Shown: one piece after another, positions 51,800 through 64,000 of the stretch | Layout: each line of letters opens with the position of its first letter | How positions within the stretch are numbered: position 1 is the stretch's first letter | Assembly: GCF_902652985.1 (NCBI RefSeq) | Contig: NC_047026.1 | Span: forward strand, 31,248,001 to 31,312,000 | DNA: 64,000 nucleotides | DNA from: Pecten maximus | Taxonomy: Eukaryota | Reading direction: 5' to 3' | Program-made: the position numbers and the translations under genes | The notes under the pieces: generated by a model | What the model was told of the DNA's origin: nothing | What the model saw: only the letters and a program-made list of their open reading frames with translations | Database searches by the model: none

Positions 51800-54700
51800 G
51801 TGTCCTGTTTCGGTGTGGTGTGTCCTTTGTGGACGTGGTGTGTCCTGTGTCAGTTTAGTGTGTACTGTGTCGGTTTGGTGTGTCCTTTGTGGGTTTGATG
51901 AGTCCTTTGTGGGTTTGGTGTGTCCATTGTGGGTTTGGTGTGTCCATTGTGGGTTTGGTGTGTCCTTTGTAGGTATGGTGTGTCCTTTGTGGGTTTGGTG
52001 TGTCCTTTGTGGATTTGGTGTGTCCTTTGTGGGTTTGGTGTGTCCTGTGTCGGTGGGATGTGTCCATTGTGGGTTTGGTGTGTCCATTCGTGGGTTTGGT
52101 GTGTCCTTTGTAGGTATTGTGTGTCCTTTGTGGGTTTGGTGTGTCCTGTGTCGGTGGGATGTGTCCTTTGTGGGTTTGATGTGTCCTTTGTAGGTTTGGT
52201 GTGTCCTTTGTGGGTTTTTTGTGTGTCCATTGTGGGTTTGTTGTGTCCTTTGTGGGTTTTTTGTGTGTCCATTGTGTCCTTTGTGGGTTTGGTGTGTCCT
52301 GTGTCGGTTTGGTGTGCCCTTTGTGGGTTTGGTGTGTCCTTTGTGGGTTTGGTGTGTCCATTGTGGGTTTGGTGTGTCCTGTGTCGGTTTGGTGTGCCCT
52401 TTGTGGGTTTGGTGTGTCCTGTGTCGGTTTGGTGTGCCCTTTGTGGGTTTGGTGTGTCCTGTGTCGGTTTGGTGTGCCCTTGGTGGGTTTGGTGTGCCCT
52501 TTGTGGGTTTGATGTGTCCTTTGTGGGTTTGCTGTGTCCATTGTGGGTTTGTTGTGTCCTTTGTGGGGTTTTTGTGTGTCCATTGTGGGTTTGGTGTGTC
52601 CATTGTGGGTTTGGTGTATCCTTTGTGGGTTTGGTGTGCCCTTTGTGGGTTTGGTGTGCCCTTTGTGGGTTTGGTGTGTCCTTTGTGGGTTTGGTGTGTC
52701 CTGTGTCGTTGGGATGTGTCCTTTGTGGGTTTGATGTGTTCTTTGTGGGTTTGGTGTGTCCTGTGTGGGTTTGGTGTGTCCTTTGTTGGTTTGGTGTGTC
52801 CTGTGTCGGTGGGATGTGTCCATTGTGGGTTTGGTGTGTCCTTTGTGGGTTTGGTGTGTCCTTTGTGGGTTTGGTGTGTCCTTTGTTGGTTTGGTGTGTC
52901 CTGTGTCGGTGTGGTGTGTCCTTTGTGGGTATGATGTGTCCTTTGTGAGTTTGGTGTGTCCTTTGTGGGTTTGGTGTGCCCTTTGTGGGTTTGGTGTGTC
53001 CATTGTGGGTTTGGTGTGTCCTTTGTAGGTATGGTGTGTCCTTTGTGGGTTTGGTGTGTCCTGTGTCGGTGGGATGTGTCCTTTGTGGGTTTGATGTGTC
53101 CTTTGTAGGTTTGGTGTGTCCTTTGTGGGTTTTTTGTGTGTCCATTGTGGGTTTGTTGTGTCCTTTGTGGGTTTTTTGTGTGTCCATTGTGTCCTTTGTG
53201 GGTTTGGTGTGTCCTGTGTCGGTTTGGTGTGCCCTTTGTGGGTTTGGTGTGTCCTTTGTGGGTTTGGTATGTCCATTGTGGGTTTGGTGTGTCCTGTGTC
53301 GGTTTGGTGTGCCCTTTGTGGGTTTGGTGTGTCCTGTGTCGGTTTGGTGTGCCCTTTGTGGGTTTGGTGTATCCTGTGTCGGTTTGGTGTGCCCTTGGTG
53401 GGTTTGGTGTGCCCTTTGTGGGTTTGATGTGTCCTTTGTGGGTTTGGTGTGTCCATTGTGGGTTTGGTGTGTCCTTTGTGGGTTTGGTGTGTCCTTTGTG
53501 GGTTTGTTGTGTCCTTTGTGGGTTTTTTGTGTGTCCATTGTGGGTTTGGTGTGTCCATTGTGGGGTTGTTGTATCCTTTGTGGGTTTGGTGTGCCCTTTG
53601 TGGGTTTGGTTTGCCCTTTGTGGGTTTGGTGTGTCCTTTGTGGGTTTGGTGTGTCCTGTGTCGGTGGGATGTGTCCTTTGTGGGTTTGATGTGTCCTTTG
53701 TGGGTTGGGTGTGTCCTGTGTGGGTTTGGTGTGTCCTTTGTTGGTTTGGTGTGTCCTGTGTCGGTGGGATGTGTCCATTGTGGGTTTGGTGTGTCCTTTG
53801 TTGGTTTGGTGTGTCCTGTGTCGGTGGGATGTGTCCATTGTGGGTTTGGTGTGTCCTTTGTGAGTTTGGTGTGTCCTTTGTTGGTTTGGTGTGTCCTGTG
53901 TCGGTGTGGTGTGTCCTTTGTGGGTATGGTGTGTCCTTTGTGAGTTTGGTGTGCCTTTTGTGGGTTTGGTGTGCCCTTTGTGGGTTTGGTGTGACCATTG
54001 TGGGTTTGGTGTGTCCTGTGTCGGTGGGATGTGTCCTTTGTGGGTTTGGTGTGTCCTGTGTCGGTGGGATGTGTCCTTTGTGGGGTTGGTGTGTCCTTTG
54101 TGGGTTTGGTGTGTCCTTTGTGGGTTTGGTGTGTCCTGTGTCGGTGGGATGTGTCTTTTGTGGGTTTGGTGTGTCTAGTGTCGGTGGGATGTGTCCATTG
54201 TGGGTTTGGTGTGTCCTGTGTCGGTGGGATGTGTCCTTTGTGGGTTTGATGTGTCCTTTGTGGGTTTGGTGTGTCCTGTGTGGGTTTGGTGTGTCCTTTG
54301 TGGGTTTGGTGTGTCCTGTGTCGGTGGGATGTGTCCTTTGTGGGTTTGGTGTGTCCTTTGTGGGGTTTGGTGTGTCCCATTGTGGGTTTGGTGTGCCCTT
54401 TGTGGTTTGGTGTGTCCTGTGTCGGTGGGATGTGTCCTTTGTGGGTTTGGTGTACCCTTTGTGGGTTTGGTGTGTCCTTTGTGGGTTTGGTGTGTCCTGT
54501 GTCGGTGGGATGTGTCCTTTGTGGGTTTAGTGTGTCCATTGTGGGTTTGGTGTGTCCTTTGTGAGTATGGTGTACCCTTTGTGGGTTTGGTGTGTCCTGT
54601 GTCGGTGGGATGTGTCCTTTGTGGGTTTGGTGTGTCCTGTGTCGGTGGGATGTGTCCTTTGTGGGTTTAGTGTGTCCATTGTGGGTTTGGTATGTCCTTT

Positions 54701-55175
54701 GTGGGTTTGGTGTGTCCTTTGTGGGTGTGGTGTGTCCTTTGTGGGTATAGTGTACCCTTTGTGGGTTTGGTGTGTCCATTGTGGGTTTGGTGTGTCCTTT
54801 GTAGGTTTGGTGTGTCTTTTGTGGGTTTGGTGTGTCCTGTGTCGGTTTGGTGTGCCCTTTGTGGGTTTGGTGTACCCTTTGTGGGTTTGGTGTGTCCTTT
54901 GTGGGTTTGGTGTGTCCTTTGTGGGTTTGGTGTGTCCTGTGTCGGTTTGGTGTGCCCTTTGTGGGTTTGGTGTACCCTGTACTAACAGTTCATTCCTCTA
55001 TAGTTCTTTACCGGAGAAGTTCCAATATACGTATAATAACTGGTTTACTAGCTTTACGTTTTCAGTTTAACACTTAGCTAAGATTGTTGGGTTTGGTGTG
55101 CCCTTTGTGGGTTTCCTTTGTGGGTTTGGTGTGTCCTGGGTCGGTGGGATGTGCCCTTTGTGGGTTTGGCGTGTC
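51800..55175. repeat. 20-bp GT-rich minisatellite (about 3.3 kb)
   Basis: Unit gtgtcctttgtgggtttggt with variants; source of the 974, 741 and 662-aa spurious ORFs. Confidence 0.95.
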
Positions 55176-55841
55176 TCTGTTGGTCCTGCCTGTTCTGTTG
55201 GAAGTTTCATTTTTAGTTGACCTTGACTGTCTTTCACTTTTCGTCGTCCTTACCATATCAGTTGACAGGACGTTTCACATCACTTGGATATTATTCTATC
55301 ACCTCCATTCTATTTTTGAAATGACCAAAAACAAAATCTTTACCATTATGACAACGTTACCTGGTTCTTACACTGGATGTGTATAGATAATACATATAAT
55401 TGTGATATATTGATATCGGTCGAAACATGCTGTTATTGCACCAACCAATAACGACCGCGGACGTACATTATAGGTAAATGGTTATTTATCTTGGTTGACC
55501 AGCGCGAGGTAATCTTTTATCGACGGAAATCGATATTTTGCGAATAATTAATTATTTTTTTCAACAAAATAATTAACATCAAGTGTATTTTCAAATATCA
55601 TCTTAACAGAAGAACAAAAATAGAAAACCATTAATTTGAATATGCATGTATAGATATAGATGTACAGCACCGTTGTGATGTCAGGTCGATAACCAACCAA
55701 TATATTTACCTGTTTCATTCTCAGTATAATAGAAGTAGTGAATACATATTGCCATGACAATAGGTTTCTATAATTAGTACACGGCTATGAACTTTTGAAT
55801 GACAGCCGTTGGTAGTGGAAACACTTGCATATTAATGACTC

Positions 55842-56314
55842 TCTGGTGGTATTGACATGTACAGTACCATAACACGCCATCAAACGGGTGGTCTGACACT
55901 GACTGGTGGTATTGACATGTACAGTACCATAAACGCCATCAAACGGGTGGTCTGACACTGACTGGTGGTATTGACATGTACAGTACCATAAAACGCCATC
56001 AAACGGGTGGTCTGACACTGACTGGTGGTATTGACATGTACAGTACCATAAACGCCATCAAACGGGTGGTCTGACACTGACTGGTGGTATTGACATGTAC
56101 AGTACCATAAACGCCATCAAACGGGTGGTCTGACACTGACTGGTGGTATTGACATGTACAGTACCATAAAACGCCATCAAACGGGTGGTCTGACACTGAC
56201 TGGTGGTATTGACATGTACAGTACCATAAACGCCATCAAACGGGTGGCCTGACACTGACTGGTGGTATTGACATGTACAGTACCATAAACGCCATCAAAC
56301 GGGTGGTCTGACAC
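55842..56314. repeat. 59/60-bp minisatellite, 8 copies, upstream of PTDSS2
   Basis: Unit ctggtggtattgacatgtacagtaccataaacgccatcaaacgggtggtctgacactga. Confidence 0.95.
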
Positions 56315-57075
56315 GGACTTAATGGATTCAACAGCTACAACAGTGTCCTTACATCTGTACCCAAACGTTGTAATTTGATTATAAGGCATCCTCGAATCAC
56401 ATAAACTTCACATTGAATATATTTTCCGTGTTGGTGAGAGGGTATCCTCACAATTATATTGCGAAATAATTTGCTTTTAAATAACAATTGATCTACATTC
56501 TGTAGTAAATACATGTACATTTGTATACATTTTCTTTAAATTTTCCAAATAGAAACTTGATTATAATCCAGTTCGAGTAATCAAAACAGCTTTGTGTGTT
56601 TGTTTTTTTTCTCTCATCTACACAATTATTCGAACCTATTTCAGTAAAGTTACGTTTGAGATCTAACTAGAAATATTTGAAATAAAAATCTAAATACAGT
56701 GTAAAAGATTGTCTTCGGTCACGTTTATAAGTTGTACAACGTGATGAACGGGTTTAAGTGCTAGTACTCAATACAAAAATGTCCTGAAATTTATCGATAT
56801 TGTCAACCTTAAACGCGATAGGACTGTCCATTAAGTGTCATCAGGTGAATGAACCAGCCACCCGGGGAATGAACTCGACACTGTGACAGACAATGAGGTC
56901 TATAGTACATGTACATTATGCATTACTGTGACTTATGTACATGTGGCGGTGTGGTGTCCGTATTAACCACTCGGCTTTTTCACTTGTAGTTGACGTCCTG
57001 GAGAAAGTGGTAACGATAAGAACGAGCTATATGTGAGTGAGAAATCAGATTCATATATCTGACACCGATTCCAAC

Positions 57076-60000
57076 ATGGCTGCAGCTAACAGTGACCAAG
57101 AGATCGACGAGCTAAAAATCCACACCGCCACTGCCTTCGATTGGGAGGCAGAGAAGAGGAGGAATACTAACGTATCTGACGATGGTACAAACACATTTTT
57201 CTGGTGAGTGTATAGACTTATATGATGACAGATCCAAAAATGTAGACAAGTCTCAGGTACCTTTCCATCATCTGTTTTATATTGATATACTATAGATACG
57301 TATAAACATATTGACTCTTTATTAATTTGATAATTCTTGCCAGTGTTCTCTTTATTTTCTCACATATTTGACATCTTTTATCCGGACCTCTGATCCATCA
57401 CATATAGGTATTCCTTAATCCAAAGTTAGTCGTGGTTGGACATTTATGACTAAACTAACAATGCTACAGAACATAGGTGGTCAGTGGCCATGGTTTATAT
57501 AGCCACAGGTCGAGTTAAATAGACTATCCAGGGGAATTATTCATTGATTTTGTTGGACAATGCCCTTTATTGTCTACATAAACAACTATATGAGTATACG
57601 TCTATATAGATATGTCGATTTCTCAAATAACATGCTCGAAAGGTCTTGCAACACACGACTAGTTACGTACTTTTAATATTTATTTACATGTGTAAGCTTT
57701 CGATTGAAAACTATCGATGCCTATCTGATGTCTGACAACTGGGTGTTAACACTCAGCTCAGGGCTACGGCGCGGAACGTGACGAATTACGTCAGACTTTC
57801 AATCCATTATGGACTGTGATTGCCAAACTTCATTACAACACAAGTCAATCTTAATTGAGATGAGCGTGTTTCAGGACATACATAATGAAAAGTATGCGTG
57901 TACTTTAAAACAATGAAGCGGATTTTAACTTTAGACTAAACAAACCCACTGATTCACAAATAAAAATAAAAGATGAAATTCACAAGGATGAATAATTATA
58001 GTGTAACGACAGACCGTGTACACACTAAATACATTGTATTGACAATGTACAAAACCATCTACAAACATATACGGTACACCGGCAATATACAGACTAATAG
58101 TATACGTACAATATATACATACTGAGACTGTAAATACAGACGGTATACAGACAATATACAGACTGATACTATACATACTGACGGTATACAGACAGACAAT
58201 ATACTGACTGATACTATACATACTGACGGTATACAGACAATATACAGACTGATACTATACATACTGACGGTATACAGACAATATACAGACTGATACTATA
58301 CATACTGACGGTATACAGACAATATACATACTGATACTATACATACTGACGGTATACAGACAATATACAGACTGATACTATACATACTGACGGTATACAG
58401 ACAATATACAGACTCATACTATACATACTGACGGTATACAGACAATATACAGACTGATACTATACATACTGACGGTATACAGACAGACAATATACTGACT
58501 GATACTATACATACTGACGGTATACAGACAATATACAGACTGATACTATACATACTGACGGTATACAGACAATATACAGACTCATACTATACATACTGAC
58601 GGTATACAGACAATATACAGACTCATACTATACATACTGACGGTATACAGACAATATACAGACTGATACTATACATACTGACGGTATACAGACAGACAAT
58701 ATACTGACTGATACTATACATACTGATGGTATACAGACAATATACAGACCGATACTATACATACTGACGGTATACAGACAATATACAGACTGATACTATA
58801 CATACTGACGGTATACAGACAGACAATATACTGACTGATACTATACATACTGACGATATACAGACAGACAATATACTGACTGATACTATACATACTGATG
58901 GTATACAGACAATATACAGACTGATACTATACATACTGACGGTATACATACAATATATATATACTGAGACTGTAAATACAGACGGTATACAGACAATATA
59001 CAGACTGATACTATACATACTGACGGTATACAGACAGACAATATACAGACTAATAGTATACATACAATATATACATACTGAGACTGTAAATACAGACGGT
59101 ATACAGACAATATACAGACTGATACTATACATACTGACGGTATACAGACAGACAATATACAGACTGATACTATACATACTGACGGTATACAGACAATATA
59201 CAGACTGATACTATACATACTGACGGTATACAGACAATATACAGACTGATACTATACATACTGACGGTATACAGACAATATACAGACTGATACTATACAT
59301 ACTGACGGTATACAGACAGACAATATACAGACTGATACTATACATACTGACGGTATACAGACAATATACAGACTGATACTATACATACTGACGGAATACA
59401 GACAGACATATACAGACTGATACTATACATACTGACGGTATACAGACAGACAATATACAGACTGATACTATACATACTGACGGTATACAGACAATATACA
59501 GACTGATACTATACATACTGACGGTATACAGACAATATACAGACTGATACTATATATACTGACGGTATACAGACAATATACAGACTGATACTATACATAC
59601 TGACGGTATACAGACAGACAATATACAGACTGATACTATACATACTGACGGTATACAGACAATATACAGACTGATACTATACATACTGACGGTATACAGA
59701 CAGACAATATACAGACTGATACTATACATACTGACGGTATACAGACAGACAATATACAGACTGATACTATACATACTGACGGTATACAGACAATATACAG
59801 ACTGATACTATACATACTGACGGTATACAGACAGACAATATACAGACTGATACTATACATACTGACGGTATACAGACAATATACAGACTGATACTATACA
59901 TACTGACGGTATACAGACAATATACAGACTGATACTATACATACTGACGGTATACAGACAATATACAGACTGATACTATACATACTGACGGTATACAGAC

Positions 60001-63000
60001 AATATACAGACTGATACTATACATACTGACGGTATACAGACAATATACAGACTGATACTATACATACTGACGGTATACAGACAATATACAGACTGATACT
60101 ATACATACTGACGGTATACAGACAATATACAGACTGATACTATACATACTGACGGTATACAGACAATATACAGACTGATACTATACATACTGACGGTATA
60201 CAGACAATATACAGACTGATACTATACATACTGACGGTATACAGACAATATACAGACTGATACTATACATACTGACGGTATACAGACAATATACAGACTG
60301 ATACTATACATACTGACGGTATACAGACAATATACAGACTGATACTATACATACTGACGGTATACAGACAATATACAGACTGATACTATACATACTGACG
60401 GTATACAGACAATATACAGACTGATACTATACATACTGACGGTATACAGACAATATACAGACTGATACTATACATACTGACGGTATACAGACAATATACA
60501 GACTGATACTATACATACTGACGGTATACAGACAATATACAGACTGATACTATACATACTGACGGTATACAGACAATATACAGACTCATACTATACATAC
60601 TGACGGTATACAGACAATATACAGACTCATACTATACATACTGACGGTATACAGACAATATACAGACTGATACTATACATACTGACGGTATACAGACAAT
60701 ATACAGACTGATACTATACATACCGACGGTATACAGACAGACAATATACAGACTGATACTATATATACTGACGGTATACAGACAATATACAGACTGATAC
60801 TATACATACTGACAGTATACAGACAATATACAGACTGATACTATACATACTGACGATATACAGACAATATACAGACTCATACTATATATACTGACGGTAT
60901 ACACAGACAATATACAGACTGATACTATACATGCTGACGGTATACAGACAATATACAGACTCATACTATACATACTGACGGTAGACAGACAATATACAGA
61001 CTCATACTATACATACTGACGGTATACAGACAATATACAGACTGATACTATACATACTGACGGTATACAGACAATATACAGACTGAAACTATACATACTG
61101 ACGGTATACAGACAATATACAGACTGATACTATACATACTGACGGTATACAGACAGACAATATACAGACTGATACTATATATACTGACGGTATACAGACA
61201 ATATACAGACTGATACTATACATACTGACAGTATACATACAATATACAGACTGATACTATACATACTGACGGTATACAGACACAATATATACTGACGGTA
61301 TACAGACAATATACAGACTGATACTATATATACTGACGGTATATACAGACAATATACAGACTGATACTATACATACTGACGGTATACAGACAATATACAG
61401 ACTGATACTATACATACTGACGGTATACAGACAGACAATATACAGACTGATACTATACATACTGACGGTATACAGACAGACAATATACATACTGATACTA
61501 TACATACTGACAGTATACTTACAATATACAGACTGATACTATACATACTGACGGTATTCATACAATATACAGACTGATACTATGCATACTGACGGTATAC
61601 AGACAATATACAGACTGATACTATACATACTGACGGAATACAGACAATATAGAGATTGATACTATATATACAGACAATATACAGACTGATACTATACATA
61701 CTGACGGTATACAGACAATATACAGACTGATACTATACATACTGACGGTATACAGACAAGATACAGACTGATACTATACATACTGACGATATACAGACAA
61801 ACAATATACAAACTGATTTATTAAGTACGAGTACCGCGCGGATATGCTATACCCGCGAAGTAAGAACGAGTACCGCGCGGATATGCTCTACCAGCTGAGT
61901 AATAACGAACACCGCGTGGATATGCTGTACCCGCGGAGTGAGAACGAACACCGCGCAGATATGCTGTACCCGCGGAGTGAGAACGAACACCGCGCGGATA
62001 TGCTGTACCCGCGGAGTAAGAACGAACACCGCGCGGATATGCTGTACCTGCGGAGTAAGAACGAACACCGCGCGGATATGCTCTACCCACGGAGTAAGAA
62101 TGAGTACCGCGCGGATATGCTCTACCTGCGGAGTAAGAACGAGCACCGCGCGGATATGCTGTTCCCGCGAAGTAAGAACGAGTACCGCGCGGATATGCTC
62201 TACCTGCGGAGTAAGAACGAACACCGCGCGGATATGCTGTACCCGCGGAGTGAGAACGAACACCGCGCGGATATGCTGTACCTGCGGAGTAAGAACGAAC
62301 ACCGCGCAGATATGCTGTACCCGCGGAGTGAGAACGAACACCGCGCGGATATGCTGTACCCGCGGAGTAAGAACGAACACCGCGCGGATATGCTGTACCT
62401 GCGGAGTAATAACGAACACCGCGCGGATATGCTCTACCCGCGGAGTAAGAACGAGTACAGCGCGGATATGCTCTACGAGCTGAGTAATAACGAGTGCCGC
62501 ACGGATATGCTGTTCCCGCGGAGTAAGAACGAACACCGCGCGGATATGCTCTACCCACGGAGTAAGAATGAGTACCGCGCGGATATGCTCTACCTGCGGA
62601 GTAAGAACGAGCACCGCGCGGATATGCTGTTCCCGCGGAGTAAGAACGAGTACCGAGCGGATATGCTATACCAGCGGAGTAAGAACGAGCACCGCGCGGA
62701 TATGCTCTTCCCGCGGAGTAAGAACGAGCACCGCTCGGATATGCTGTTCCCGCGGAGTAAGAACGAGCACCGCGCGGATATGCTGTTCCCACGGAGTAAG
62801 AACGAGCACCGCGCGGATATGCTGTTCCCGCGGAGTAAGAACGAGCACCGCGCGGATATGCTGTTCCCGCGGAGTAAGAACGAGCACCGCGCGGATATGC
62901 TGTTCCCGCGGAGTAAGAACGAGCACCGCACGGATATGCTCTTCCCGCGGAGTAAGAACGAGCACCGCGCGGATATGCTGTTCCTACGGAGTAAGAACGA

Positions 63001-63729
63001 GTACCGCGCGGATATGCTGTTCCCGCGGAGTAAGAACGAGCACCGCGCGGATATGCTCTTCCCGCGGAGTAAGAACGAGTATTGCGCGGATATGCTCTTC
63101 CCGCGGAGTAAGAACGAGCACCGCGCGGATATGCTCTACCTGCGGAGTAAGAACAAACACTGCCTCGATATGTGTACTAATAAACAACAAACACGCGTTA
63201 AAAAGATCAGTCTATAACACGTCTGGCATCACGGCTCCTATCTTTATATTGATTATAAGACACATACTATGTACAACGAAGGCCATGTTGATATCACAGC
63301 TCGTATGAGATCCGGTACACATGGTCGTCCCACGATACGTACAATGGAATCAACCGGAGTCACACTTCCGTCTTAGATAAGTTCTAATGTATATATAACA
63401 GAAAAAAAAATCCTGTAAATCTAACACGCAAACGGAGAGGTCGTCCAACTTACGTTAGCATTCGGGAAATATGTGTCTTGGTCCCTTGTTTAATTAAATA
63501 AAGCATACAATATCCTCACATAATTCATATATATTTATACATGAATTCCGTGGACATTGTATATTTGATGGTAAATGACCGTCGATATCAGGATGATAGA
63601 ACATTTTCGATGTCTGTGTGTTTACAGGAGAGCTCATACCATCACGGTCCTCGTCGTTTTCATCGGCATTCTCGTCTACATCGCCTTGTTCGAGGACCCT
63701 GTACTCAACCCAGACTACAACAGCAGAAG
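57076..63729 (+). CDS. PTDSS2: Phosphatidylserine synthase 2, first two coding exons; continues beyond the right edge
   Basis: Exons 57076-57203 and 63628-63729, phase-consistent. Translation MAAANSDQEIDELKIHTATAFDWEAEKRRNTNVSDDGTNTFFW/RAHTITVLVVFIGILVYIALFEDPVLNPDYNSRR; DDGTNTFFWRAHT is the recognisable PTDSS2 N-terminal motif. Confidence 0.9.
58070..61817. repeat. 41/45-bp minisatellite in the PTDSS2 intron
   Basis: Unit atacagactgatactatacatactgacggtatacagacaat (period 41; +4 variant). Confidence 0.95.
61824..63160. repeat. 39-bp CpG-rich minisatellite (about 34 copies) in the PTDSS2 intron
   Basis: Unit gagtaagaacgagcaccgcgcggatatgctgttcccgcg. Confidence 0.95.
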
Positions 63730-63828
63730 GTATGACACTGATCACAGGGACACGACAAGCTGTTGCAGGTTCATTGGAACCTACTGGGTGTGTTATAAAG
63801 TTCTAAAAGCATGACAAGCAGACGAGGA

Positions 63829-64000
63829 TTATCAGGTCCCTGTGCCATTGATCACAGAGACATGAGACGTTGTTATCAGGTCCATGTGCCATTAATCACA
63901 GAGACATGTGACGTTATCAGGTCCCTGTGCCATTAATCACAGAGACATGTGACGTTGTTATCAGGTCCCTGTGCCATTGATCACGGAGACATGAGACGTT
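63829..64000. repeat. ~42-45-bp tandem repeat, truncated by the window edge
   Basis: Unit tatcaggtccctgtgccattaatcacagagacatgtgacgt(tgt). Confidence 0.85.

Noticed and set aside
51773-55070. 974, 741, 662 and 464-aa ORFs
   Set aside because: All frames are open because the 20-bp unit has no stops; not genes.
61844-63217. 457-aa ORF of 13-aa repeats (RSKNEHRADMLYP)
   Set aside because: A 39-bp unit divisible by three, open in several frames on both strands, inside a PTDSS2 intron.

Overview
AT-rich metazoan genomic DNA, probably a bivalve mollusc (inferred from the repeat families). The ORF track is largely uninformative because the real genes are spliced and the longest ORFs come from minisatellites. 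Manual exon assembly gives four host genes: EXOSC1/CSL4 (minus, first 5 coding exons, runs off the left edge), a complete 13-exon KAT7/HBO1 MYST acetyltransferase (minus, about 600 aa), a complete 4-exon CYYR1/Shisa-like single-pass membrane protein (minus, 201 aa), and the first two coding exons of PTDSS2 (plus). There is a full-length 5.4 kb Sola2-type DNA transposon (30-bp perfect TIRs, ATAT TSD) whose 7-exon DDD transposase has one premature stop. Also present are several MITEs (pogo/mariner-, hAT-, Kolobok- and 9-bp-TSD types), a tRNA-derived SINE, Helentron-associated and Penelope-like fragments, and about ten different minisatellites. The most striking observation is a 49-bp minisatellite whose unit is almost entirely a hammerhead ribozyme: 11 units at 35.9-36.4 kb, a second interrupted array at 29.2-30.2 kb and a relic at 25.1 kb. 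In tandem, the palindrome ACAGCUGU lets neighbouring units form complete hammerheads that would cut a transcript into 49-nt monomers.
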